This document shows positions 51,766 through 64,000 of a stretch of DNA of 64,000 bases, piece after piece. The stretch spans positions 46,624,001 to 46,688,000 of the forward strand of contig OX597835.1 in NCBI GenBank assembly GCA_951406725.2, written 5' to 3'. The notes under the pieces were generated by a model. It did not search any database. It was not told the origin of the DNA and saw only the letters and a program-made list of their open reading frames with translations. Origin of the DNA: Octopus vulgaris (lineage: Eukaryota). Position numbers and translations under genes: made by a program. How positions within the stretch are numbered: position 1 is the first letter of the stretch; the number at the start of each line of letters is the position of its first letter.

Positions 51766-51969
51766 CTTTCCATAAACCTCGGACACCTTCCGTGGTGGCA
51801 ATGGTTTTATAGGCATTCAATGTACCAGAGTAACGAGCTGGTACACCAGCTTTTTGAGCTTGCAAACGAACTTTGACAACATCAGTGGGCTGGGCAATCA
51901 TGATAGCGATCGCACCAGAGGTTACTCCAGCTGACATTTTGGCAACAAAGGATGGTTGCTTTTGGGGAT
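51766..51969 (-). CDS. UCP2: UCP exon 3: [38 protein letters not shown]...EGVRGLWKG
   Basis: Second carrier signature PTDVVKVR; AG/GT. Confidence 0.95.
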
Positions 51970-52081
51970 CTAGAAGAAGAAAGAAAATATGGGTTAGCAT
52001 TTGGGAAACAACAACAAAAACAAAAACTAGACATAAGGCCAGAAATTACTGAAACAAGTAAAAGATAAATATAAGACTTAC

Positions 52082-52319
52082 TGTTTCCATAAAGACGACC
52101 ATAAAATTCTTTAAAACTGTCATAGGAACCAATTCTAATAGATGCAAAACTCATTTGTCGTTGTAAACCTGGAATGATGCCATTATAAAGAGCACGTGCA
52201 CCTTCTTCTTGAATAATCACTCTGATTGTGCCAATTGGTCCTTTATATTTGAATGCCTGTTTCTCTGTTATTGGCGATACTCCGAGTTTACTGGTTTTGT
52301 TTCCAGTTTCTCCTTGAAT
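52082..52319 (-). CDS. UCP2: UCP exon 2: IQGETGNK...EGARALYNGIIPGLQRQMSFASIRIGSYD...
   Basis: GLQRQMSFAS.RIG.YD, diagnostic of the UCP1-3 clade; AG/GT. Confidence 0.95.
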
Positions 52320-52665
52320 CTTTGAAAATAAATATGAAGAATTTTGTGTTAAATTTTTCTGTTCTGGTAAATCTGGAATTTGATGCAGTTTTCAGTGTTA
52401 CCACTGATGATGATGATGATGATGATGATGATAGTGGTGGTGATGGTGGTGGTGGTGGTGATGGCAGTAATGGAAATAGTGGTGATGACAGTGATGAGGG
52501 GGAAGAGATTGGTGATGAGAATGATGACATTGATTGTAGTGTATAATGATGGTGGTGGTGGTGATGGTAATGTTAGTAGCAATTATGGTGATTACATTTA
52601 ATTAACAAAGATAACTCAATGGAGGTTATAAAGCTCATCAGTATATTGGGAAAACAGACACTCAC

Positions 52666-52794
52666 TTGTAGCCGGACCTTGGCTGTGTCCAGTGGAAATG
52701 TCACACAGTCAGCAATACAGGCAGCTGTACCAGCTCCTAAGAATTTCACCGTTACAGACGGTTCTAAGACATTTGGCGATGTTCTTGAAACCAT
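52666..52794 (-). CDS. UCP2: UCP first coding exon [43 protein letters not shown] (UCP2/3-like, 320 aa total)
   Basis: [25 protein letters not shown]; spliced CDS 963 nt in frame; acceptor at 52922 implies an upstream non-coding exon. Symbol marks the UCP1/2/3 clade, not strict orthology. Confidence 0.93.
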
Positions 52795-53022
52795 TTTGAC
52801 TTCGTGAAATGCAGCAAGTATATATAAAAATTGGAATCACAGTTGTCTTGTATTTGATAATTAATTAATTAATTAAATTTAGATTCTTGTTACTGGAATG
52901 GAAAGATATGTATGTAGCGAATCTGAAAAGCAAAAATATTATATATATCATTATATATTTAATCAGGTTAATTAATTTGTAAGTAATTAAATTATAAAAT
53001 TTAAGTGTAAATGATAGCATGC

Positions 53023-53512
53023 ATTGTAAAATAGGAGCATGCACTCTGTTGAGGTTTGAACCTGGTAACAGTCTGTTTGGTCAAAGCTGACCAGGAGATA
53101 AACAACAGCCAGTGCTGAAGCAGAAGGACTTTTCAGCTGACAACAGCAAGCTGGTCACTGGTGGACTGTTATACAAGAGGAAGGTAAGCAGGCAGGCTGG
53201 AGAGATAGAAGGCATGGGTTGTAACCAGTGGTGGACTGGCCAGGTTACCAGTTTGCCTGATGGCAAGTGGGCTCCTACACCATTAGAATCCAGCTTTGAC
53301 CAAACAGACTGTTACTAGGTTCAAATCTCGTCAGTGTGCATGTTGTTATTTTACAATATATAAAAATAGCAGTAATTATAAAATTTTTAACGTAGAACAT
53401 AGAAAGTAGAATAGTTTCTCACGAAACTATTTCTACTTTCTAGTTTCTTAAGAAACTATTCTACTTTCTTTGCTCTACGTTAAAAATTTTATAATTACTG
53501 GTATTTTTATAT
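53023..53512. repeat. Two abutting fold-backs (53023-53357 and 53358-53512)
   Basis: TAACAGTCTGTTTGGTCAAAGCTG/CAGCTTTGACCAAACAGACTGTTA; AGAAAGTAGAATAGTTTCT/AGAAACTATTCTACTTTCT. Confidence 0.75.
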
Positions 53513-53845
53513 GTGTAAAGCATAATATGTTAAACATGTATGTATATTGTTATAATTGTTTTTCTTTTAAAGTAAATAAATAGATATAATATAATGTCTA
53601 AAGATTGATCCCCTCTTGATCCACCTCTTGATCCACCTCTTGATCCCCTCCATTTTCTTATTGCCATATAAATTAAGGGTAAAACAACTCTCTACCCTCA
53701 TCCATTTATTACATCCAGTAGTGTAATTGCCATGCAATAGAAAAACACTTGTGTATTAATAATTGGGCATTCTACCAGCAGTATATTGGATCGATATTAT
53801 CCCTTAGTTGGTTGGATTCACAACCTCTAACTCTCTTTGAATTAA

Positions 53846-53886
<41 letters not shown>

Positions 53887-54152
53887 GAATTAGAAAAATC
53901 AAATTTTTCCCTGTAAGTTTGGAGCTATACTTCTTATATATATATATATATAATATATATAATATTATATATATATACATATTCTCACTATATCATCATC
54001 ATCATCATCATCATCGTTTAGCGTCCGTTTTCCATGCTAGCATGGGTTGGACGGTTCAACTGGGGTCTGTGAAGCCAGAAGGCTTCATCAGGCCCAGTCA
54101 GATCTGGCAGTGTTTCTACGGCTGGATGCCCTTCCTAACGCCAACCACTCCA

Positions 54153-54196
<44 letters not shown>

Positions 54197-55163
54197 CATA
54201 AGAGACAAAATTTGGAAAAACAAGAACAAAAAAGTGAAAAGAAAAGAAAGGGAAAAAATATGAAAAAATTAAAGAAACGTAAGAGTGAAATAAATAGACA
54301 GAAACATAAAGACTTTGATATAAGTTGTTCTCCTCACCTTCGACTGATATAATTGCAGTACAAGAATATATTAGTGTAGAATATATCACAGCAGTTTATA
54401 ATTGTAATGATATTTGTTGTTACTATTGTTGCAGGTGTTGTTGCTGCTGTTGTTGTAGTTGTTGTTGTTGTTGTTGTTGTTGTTGTGATGTTTGAGAGTC
54501 TGAAAAGGTGAAATATGTTGATGTGTATGAATCCAGTGTTGGCAGAGTTCTCATTATGCTTTCAACTCCATCAATAACGTTCATTGTTGTATAATTAAGA
54601 TAACAGCTGTCTGAAATTAGAAATGACATTAAAAAAATGAATAAATAAATTAATTAATAATTATTTTACTCTTTTACTCTTTTACTTGTTTCAGTCATTT
54701 GACTGCGGCCATGCTGGAGCACCGCCTTTAGTCGAGCAAATCGACCCCGGGACTTATTCTTTGTAAGCCCAGTACTTATTCTATCGGTCTCTTTATTGCC
54801 GAACCGCTAAGTGACGGGGACGTAAACACACCAGCATCGGTTGTCAAGCAATGCTAGGGGGACAAACACAGACACACAAACATATATACACACACACTTA
54901 TATATACATATACATATATATGACAGGCTTCTTTTAGTTTCCGTCTACCAAATCCACTCACAAGGCATTGGTCGGCCCGGGGCTATAGCAGAAGACACTT
55001 GCCCAAGATGCCACGCAGTGGGACTGAACCCGGAACCATGTGGTTGGTTAGCAAGCTACTTACCACACAGCCACTCCTGCGCGGTCATAAATATAAGCAA
55101 ACATATGTGTGAGTGTGTGTATGTGCATGTGGGTATGTATGTACGTATGAGTGTGCGAAAGAC

Positions 55164-55233
<70 letters not shown>

Positions 55234-57668
55234 CAAGGTGTCTATGTTCAGAATACTAACCCTTTTATCATCAGAGGAATAACCTTGCATTTGAAATTAA
55301 GCAAAAACATTAAATGAAACTTGATACACAACAATTAGAGTTGAAACCGGATAGGATATATCTATGAGCATCTTTGTTATGTTTTGTACACTGAAATTAT
55401 GCACAAATATTATTCTGCCAAGGTCGACTTAGTCTTTCATTCTTTTTGAGCTCAATATAATAAGTATCAGTTGAGCACTGGGGTTAATGTCCTAGGCTAG
55501 CCCCTCCCATCAAAACTTTCAGGAAATCATGCTCAAATATCAAGTGATGTCATATTTTGAAATTAGATAAAAACTTTCAGAAAATTGTTTATTTCTGTTT
55601 ATTCTTGTTAAATGGTATTATTTGTGATGAAGGCGGCGAGCTGGCAGACACGTTAGCACGGCGGGCGAAATGCTTAGCTGTATTTCGTCTGCCGTTAAGT
55701 TCTGGGTTCAAATTCCACCGATGTCGACTTTGCCTTTCATCCTTTCGGGGTCGATAAATTAAGTACCAGTTATGTACTGGGGGTCGATGTAATCGACTTA
55801 ATCCGTTTGTCTGTCCTTGTTTGTCCCCTCTGTGTTTAGACCCTTGTGTGTAGTAAAGAAATAGGTATTATTTGTGAGGACTTTGAATTTGTAAAAAAGC
55901 GATTTTAGAAGTACTGGGGATCAATCTGTTTAACAGAACCTTTCAAGATGAAGCCCCATGACCACCACCCAATAACTCAGACAAGTAACAGAGAAAAAAT
56001 AAAGATATATTCCATAGGAACTATTATCAGTTAAAATGTAGCCTATATTTAATAAGAACTGTAATTAGTTAAAATGCAGCCTATAATCCATAGGAACTAT
56101 TATCAGTTAAAATGTAGCCTATATTTAATAGGGACCATAGTCTATATTTCACACCTGGTCCTATTTACAAGTTTTGCACGTGACTGGACATGATGATGGA
56201 ACACTGCTGCACATGTCTTGTAATTAACAGAACATTTGTCAAGTCTGTCATCAACGTACCTTGACACAGCAAATTGCAAATTGACAGAACCACTAACCAG
56301 ACCAATATTTGGTCTACTACTCCTTTACATTTAACCAGCTACAATAACAACAACAACAATGATGGTGATGACATTGGGGCACATGACTTGCTAAAAACAG
56401 TGGCCCAACCTTCCTCAAATTCCACTTGACAGACATTTAAAAAAAATTTTTGAACACACGAAACGTCGCTAAGCATTTCGCCTGTCATGCTAACGATTCT
56501 TACTTCTTTACTACCCACAAGGGGCTACACACGGAGGGGACAAACAAGGGGATTAAGTCGATTATATCAACCCTAGTGTGTAACTGGTACTTATTTAATC
56601 GACCTCGAAAGGATGAAAGGCAAAGTCGACCTTGGCGGAATTTGAACTCAGAAAGTAGACGAACGAAATATCGCTAATCATTTCGCCCGGAGTGCTTAAC
56701 GTTTCTGCCAGCTCGCCGCCTTAATAACTGACTCTCCTGTCAAAGACAACGTATGGGAGTTCAGGTTTTGTCGACCGACCAGCACAAATGATTCGTTTAT
56801 AGTGATCAAATGTTCTTGTCCTACATTATCGCCCTCCCTCCATCAAATCGATGTTGTTTGAACAGGTGCACCTGTGTACCACGCGTCGGGTGTTAAAATG
56901 ATTTCAGGTCAACGTGGAATTGAGTGTTTTGCTCAAGAATACAACACACCACTCGGTTTAGGAATTGAAACCACGCTCTGGCGATCGTGAGGGCAACACC
57001 TTAACCACTAATAATGATGACGATGATGATGATCATTTTTTTATTGACCTCAAACATTAACAGCAGAGGATAAAACATTGAATGTGTTGTATGCGTGTGT
57101 GTTGCGAGGGTTTTGCGTGTCAGGAGAGTCGAGGTTGGAGCGCCTTTGACTACGTATGAAAATTTATTTGCTAGATTAACAGGCATATGGTCAAAGAAAA
57201 TCAATGTAACATCACGAATAGGAACAACCATAATAAGCAGTAATCCCTCTTCTAACCGTGTACACACACCACCACCACCACCAACACCACCACCACGTGA
57301 TAAATGAGGTCACTGTCCAGACTAATTCCTCGCGCACTTATAAACACACACACACACACACACAACACATGCTTATACACACAAACACCATATATGGGAA
57401 ACAAGGGGTGATGAGGCGGAGGAGGAGGTTAGAGAATGTAATGGAATAGAAGCGGCGGCGGTGGTGGTGACTGTCGCCGTTGCGGTGGTGGTGGTGGTGA
57501 TGGCGGTGGAGGTGGTGGTGGTGTAAAGTGATAGGAAGTGTGTCACATGTTGTGTCGACTGACGATATTTCGGTCAGCTGGGTCAGTTGCCAAGGTTACG
57601 TCATGTCAATAAATGTAACTTTCACACCAGCAACTGTTTCGGGTGTACGGGTACGTGTGTGTGTGTGC

Positions 57669-57712
<44 letters not shown>

Positions 57713-57790
57713 GAAGCGGCGTAAACAGCATGTGTGTGAATGCGTGTAAAAGAGAGAGGTTAAAAACCCATGTGTGTGTATATATATATG

Positions 57791-57851
<61 letters not shown>

Positions 57852-58049
57852 GAATATCTATCTATCTATCTATATATATATATATATATGTGTGTGTGTA
57901 GAATCATAGACTCATAGAATCACGGTGTCGATCAAGCTGTCGGGTGTCATTACACACCGCTGGTGACAATGCTCTTCGCATTCTTTTAGCTTTCGGTTGA
58001 TGCCACTCAACAGGCGAAGTCGGTCGCAGGGGGTGACCCATTTACAGCC

Positions 58050-58710
58050 GAGTGGACTGGACCAGCGTGAAATGAAGTGTTCTGCTCAAGGACACAACGA
58101 TCCGCCGGTCTGAGAATCGAAACCACCATCTCGCAATCGTAAGTGCAACACCCTAACCGCTAGGCCACGCACTCTCAAATACACACATACATACATGCAT
58201 ACATACATGCATACATACATGTATTTCAAAGGGCCGGCCTTGTCACTCTCTGTGTCACGCTGAATATCCCCGAGAACTACGTTAAGGGTACACGTGTCTG
58301 TGGAGTGCTCAGCCACTTACACGTTAATTTCACGAGCAAGCTGTTCCGTTGATCGGATCAACCGGAACCCTCGTCGTCGTAACCGACGGAGTGCTTCCAT
58401 TCCACATGCATACACACATACATGCTGCTGCTGAGACCCCCTTCGCACCTAGAAAGTTATCCTCCCGGGCACAAGTCCGGGCAAGGTTGTTTATGGATGA
58501 CCAGCAGTCGGCTATGCACAGCGGCCCCCACGCCACCAGTGTTATCCAAGGGAAAGGCAAAGGGGCCGATACGGCTTGGCACCTGTGACGTCGAAACTCA
58601 TTTCTATAGCTGAGTGAACTGGAGCAACGTGAAATAAAGTGTCCGGGATTCGAACTCACAACCTCACGATCGTAAGCTCGACGCTCTAACCACTGAGCCA
58701 TGCGCCTTCA
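58050..58710 (-). mobile_element. Stacked SINE family C copies
   Basis: GCTGAGTGAACTGGAGCAACGTGAAATAAAGTGTC(TTGCTCAAG) core also at about 7490-7700 and 28065-28345. Confidence 0.65.
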
Positions 58711-59262
58711 CATGCAAACACATACATATACACACACATATTCACACATGTACGCATGTATATGTATGTATGTACGTATGTATGTATGTATATGTATGTA
58801 TGTATGTATGTATGTATGATGTATGTATGTATGTGTGTGTGTGTATATATACGTGAGTACGTTTGTGCGTATGTATCTATGTATGTATGTAAGTGAGATA
58901 GTGCGTATGCATATGCATTTACGTATGTATGTATGTATGTATATTACCTTAGTCTAAGGCTATTTTTACCACTATGTTGCATTGGATACTTATTACGTGT
59001 CAAAACAGTAAATTTAAAATCAATTAAAAAAGAGAATAAGACTGCAATAGTGTGATCGATATAATCTGCTGAGGCCTTTCATAATGATGCCCCAGCTTGG
59101 TCGTTGTCATTGACCGCAAATAGTAAAGAAATTAGCTGTGAGTATAAGAAGTTCTCGCATACTCTGTTACAGCTGTGGGCTGACCAACACCATGCGAGAG
59201 TATTTGGAAACCGTCGTCCGGTCAGTTTGTATGTTCACATGTTCATATATATGAGTGCGCGC

Positions 59263-59305
<43 letters not shown>

Positions 59306-59332
59306 ACACACACACACATAGATGGATGGATG

Positions 59333-59386
<54 letters not shown>

Positions 59387-59388
59387 TG

Positions 59389-59433
<45 letters not shown>

Positions 59434-59473
59434 GCAGATAGATAAATAGTGTGTGTAGACAGACCTAGATTTT

Positions 59474-59548
<75 letters not shown>

Positions 59549-59617
59549 ATATTGATAAAAACGGTACTATAACAAAAGAAAGAAAGAGACCTCGATATTG
59601 TGTAAATAGAGAAATTT

Positions 59618-59742
59618 ATCTGTAAAAGTAATATGTGACAATTATTTGGTAGCCAAGATAAAACTCCGAGTTTCCACCTCAGCATCCGAAACTCGGAGTT
59701 TTAACTTGGCTATCGAATAATTGTCACATATTACTTTTACAG

Positions 59743-59743
<1 letters not shown>
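59618..59743. repeat. Short fold-back (about 55-bp arms)
   Basis: ATCTGTAAAAGTAATATGTGACAATTATT...AATAATTGTCACATATTACTTTTACAGAT. Confidence 0.8.
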
Positions 59744-59781
<38 letters not shown>

Positions 59782-59805
59782 CACATACATACATATATAT
59801 AGATA

Positions 59806-60230
59806 GGATCTTTTCGGTTTGAACGGCAGTTTTTTCTAGCGGTGTCATATGAAATTGTCACCTATAATTATGACCCTAGTATCGATCCATTGCATTTCAA
59901 TGTTTTAGGGTTAGAGTTAGGGGTGGGGGAAGGGAAGGGTATCTTTTTTTCTTCACAAATGTAAATAAACCCAATCTGTTTCTTAAACGAGGGACATATT
60001 CATACGGCACAGAACGTTTTTTTTTACCTCAATAGACGTCATTGATTGGTTGAAATTATAGAAATTGCAGAAAAAAACAACAACAAATATCTTACAAACC
60101 ATAGAATTTTCTCAATAAAGCCAAGAGAAAAAGATGTTTTATAAACACATTCTACCAGCATACGAAATTTAAATGTGTTTAGTTACGTGGAAAATGTTTT
60201 TAAAAACTGTTGTTCAAACCGAAAAGATCC
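59806..60230. mobile_element. TA-flanked MITE (about 28-bp TIR)
   Basis: TA|GGATCTTTTCGGTTTGAACGGCAGTTTTT ... AAAAACTGTTGTTCAAACCGAAAAGATCC|TA. Confidence 0.75.
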
Positions 60231-60265
60231 TATATATATACATACATACATACATATATATACTT

Positions 60266-60317
<52 letters not shown>

Positions 60318-60676
60318 TTATACATATATATGTATATGTCTATGTGTATATGTGTGTGTATGTATTTATATTTATACACATACGCACTTACACACACACA
60401 GAGGCAAACATATGCGTATGTGTCTATGTGGCTGTGTGTATGTCTGTGAGTGGGCGTGAGTGTTTGCGTGCGTCGAACATTTCACAGAACAAAAAACGTA
60501 AACAAGGGGAATGTGCGGACGCGCACTTGTGAGATCATTAATTATTCGGAGAAAATAAAGACCTCTTGCCGAAGTACAGTGCATCTGTACTTAGGTTTAT
60601 GATTCAGTTGAAGATCAAGAATGAGCAGGCAAGAAAGTTCATTTGGACAGACAGGCAGACAGACAGACAGATAATT

Positions 60677-60723
<47 letters not shown>

Positions 60724-60862
60724 TTGATAGATAGATAGCTAGCTAGATAGATAGATAGATGGATGGATGGATGGATGGATGGATGGATGGATGGATGGAT
60801 GGATGGATGGATGGATGGACGGATGGATTGATAGATAGTTAGTTAGATAGATAGATAGGGCA

Positions 60863-61278
60863 ATCTTTCGTCTCTAGTAGACCTTTCCGTCGATTTCCGT
60901 AAAAATTTTTTTTTTTTACATATGGGCTTGCGGGAACTTTTGAAGTAATGAGAGCGAAAGAGACTAAGAGAAAGCGATTGTATGACGAGGGAAGTTCTTT
61001 TGAAGTTACCGTGCATGGCAAGCATTGATGTATATGTGTGTGTGTGTGTTTGATGGGGTGTGAGAGACAGACAGTATGTTGTGTAAGTGAAGTGCTTCTG
61101 TTAGTGTGTGTGAAGAGACAGAGAGAGTAATGTGTGAAAGAAAGAGATAACTGAAATTTTTTACTCGGTGTATGTGTATATGTATGTATATTACTTCAAA
61201 AGTTCCCGCAAGCCCATATGTAAAAAAAAAAAAAATTTTTACGGAAATCGACGGAAAGGTCTACTAGAGACGAAAGAT
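60863..61278. repeat. Fold-back/MITE with about 88-bp near-perfect arms
   Basis: 60863-60949 is the reverse complement of 61190-61278. Confidence 0.85.
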
Positions 61279-61408
61279 CGTCATAGATAGATAGATAGAA
61301 AGATAGATGGATAGATAGATAGGTATGTATGTATGTATGTTGGTAGGTAGGTAGGTAGACAGATGGATGGATGAATGGATGGATGGATAAATAGATAGAC
61401 AGACAGAC

Positions 61409-61495
<87 letters not shown>

Positions 61496-61765
61496 GGTAT
61501 GTGTTTACGTACTTGCTGTTGTAAACATGTACATACCATACGGTAGTTGCCTTATTACATCATAGCAGGCGATTGCCGTTCGTTCCGTACACGTTCCTCT
61601 CATTACAGCAGCGACTGACATGTGCGGCGACCGTTTAAAAGTACATTCTTAGAATTACCTCCCTTTATCTCACTCCTTCCACTTCCATATCATCGTCATC
61701 TCTTTATCTCCCCCTCTCTCTTCCTATCTAACAGCCTCTCACTCTCACTCCCTCCCTTACTCTTG

Positions 61766-61821
<56 letters not shown>

Positions 61822-62900
61822 GTCTTTGTCAGTCTCTTTGTCTCTCCCTCTTTCTATTTTTCTCAGTTTTTCTCTCCTCTTTCTAGTAATCACTGTTTCT
61901 TTCTCTATTTCTCCCTTTCTTCCTTTTTAAACTATCTCCACTCTTAACTTCGGACACTCACTCACTCATTACTCACTCACTCACTCACTCATTACTCACT
62001 CACTCACACAGAATTATCTTCGGCATACTTATCTGCTTGGACAAATTTTTCCGTCTCCCACCATTTTTTTTCGTTTTTCTCTTCCCACATACATCCACAC
62101 ACATATACATATACATACACATACACACATATATACATACCTGCATACTACATACAGGCATACATACACGCATACATACATACATACATACATAAGCACA
62201 TTCATAGATATATATACTACAACCACACACATATTCACGCGCACACACTACACACACATATGTACAATCACATATACATAAGCTATACCGTCACACACAC
62301 ACACACGCTACACACACATATGTACAATGACATATACATAAAATATACCGTCACACACACACACACATATGCGCTCGCGCACATGCATTCTTATCTCGAG
62401 CATGTTCGTTTTGTTGATGTTTCTCAGATCGTTAATAAGTGAGATCGGATTTCACAAGATGCTGACACCGATAAACGTGCAAGGCTGAAGGGAAGTGGGA
62501 AAGAAGTGAAGGGGAGCAAGGTAGAGTGTCTGACGGCCGAACTCACTTCGTAGTTCAGAAACTAGAATAAAACTTCGTGTAAACAATGAAGTCCAAGGAC
62601 GTTTACACAGCGACAGTTAAGGGCCTTTATTTACAAAGTTTTGTTTTCAATGACGATGCGTTAGTCTCGAATAAAATTTTACCAGGGTGGCTGTGTGGTT
62701 GAGAGGCTAGCTTACCAACTTCGTGGTCTTCGGTTCAATCCCACTGAGCGGCAACTTCGGCAAAGTCTGTCTTCCTCTATTAGCCACGGGCCGCTCAAAG
62801 TAGACAGATACTGAAAGAAGCCCTTCCTATATATACATATACATACTTACATACATACATACATACATATATATACGACGGGCTTCTTTCAGTTTGCGCC

Positions 62901-63050
62901 TATGTATGTATGTATGTATGTATGTATGTATGTATGTATGTATGTATGTATGTATGTATGTATGTGTGTATGTATGTATGTATGTATGTGTGTGTGTATG
63001 TATGTATGTATGTATGTATGTATGTATGTATGTGTGTATGTATGTATGTG

Positions 63051-63082
<32 letters not shown>

Positions 63083-63570
63083 TGTATGTATGTATGTATG
63101 TATGTATGTATGTATGTATGTATGTATGTATGTATGTATGTATGTATGTGTGTATGTATGTATGTATGTATGTATGTATGTGTGTATGTATGTATGTATG
63201 TATGTATGTATGTATGTATGTGTATGTATGTATGTATGTATGTATGTATGTATGTATGTATGTATGTATGTATGTATGTATGTATGTATGTGTGTATGTA
63301 TGTATGTGTGTATGTATGTATGTATATGTATGTGTGTGTATGTATGTATGTATGTATGTATGTATGTATGTGTGTATGTATGTATGTATGTATGAATGTA
63401 TGTGTGTATGTATGTATGTATGTATGTATGAATGTATGTGTGTATGTATGTATGTGTGTATGTATGTATGTATGTATGTATGTATATGTATGTGTGTGTA
63501 TGTATGTATGTATGTATGTATGTGTGTGTGTATGTATGTATGTATGAATGTATGTGTGTGTATTCATGTA
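62901..63570. repeat. (TATG)n microsatellite, about 670 bp
   Basis: Seen directly; source of MYVC/HTYI ORFs. Confidence 0.95.
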
Positions 63571-63574
63571 TGTC

Positions 63575-63960
63575 ATTATTCGGGTTTATTTCAAGATTTC
63601 TTGCCAATAGAGAAAGAACCGGTTTCTAACCTAGATCCAAGTCTCTTTCATTGGAATTTCAACATCAACAACGGGTTATTTTTGTTTGTATGTTTGTATA
63701 AGTGCCGATTTGTATGTTGTGTTTTATGTATGTATTCTCATGCATATAATCACATAACTAGACATGCTCATATATGCTTTAAATGATAATCTTCTGGAAA
63801 GTTTTACAGATTTTTACAGTTCCAGTGTTGGATTGGATCTGCAAGTCTTCGAATCAGTTTTCTCCTTCCTGGTGTTGAGAACCCTAATTTCTCAAGATTG
63901 GTATTTAGGCGGAGTGTTACATATCCCAGGGCCCCAGTAAATACAGGTACAAACCTGAAC
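63575..63960 (-). mobile_element. 3' fragment of an RLE-type (R4/Dong-like) non-LTR retrotransposon
   Basis: Minus translation FVPVFTGALGYV...LEKLG and, after frameshift, QIQSNTGTVKICKTF* matches the P...GALG...Q....GT..I C-terminus. Confidence 0.55.
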
Positions 63961-64000
63961 ATATGCATGTAGGTATGTATGTCTACATAAGATATACATA

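Noticed and set aside
62827-63786. 200-290 aa ORFs (MYVC/HTYI repeats)
   Set aside because: Translations of a (TATG)n microsatellite

Overview
Eukaryotic, intron-rich, repeat-dense DNA. The SINE and LINE families and microsatellite load suggest an octopus (coleoid cephalopod) genome; this is inference from remembered repeat families. Two convergent genes can be built from splice sites. On the + strand are 16 coding exons (3079-37058) of glutamine-dependent NAD+ synthetase (NADSYN1); roughly the first 88 aa lie upstream of the window and the last exon is tentative. On the - strand is a complete 5-exon, 320-aa mitochondrial uncoupling protein (UCP2/3-like, 52794-48106). The last NADSYN1 intron holds an antisense, 5'-truncated RTE-clade LINE with an open ORF, a PHD-like finger and an inverted copy of its own 3' end. 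Most short ORFs in the track are microsatellite or SINE noise. The most notable unannotated signal is about 11 minimal type-I hammerhead-ribozyme motifs (CTGAnGA-stem II-GAAA-palindromic stem III-UH), of the kind known from Penelope-like elements and retrozymes. Several sit inside long fold-back inverted repeats, including two fold-backs with a hammerhead on each strand. All folds were paired by eye, not computed.
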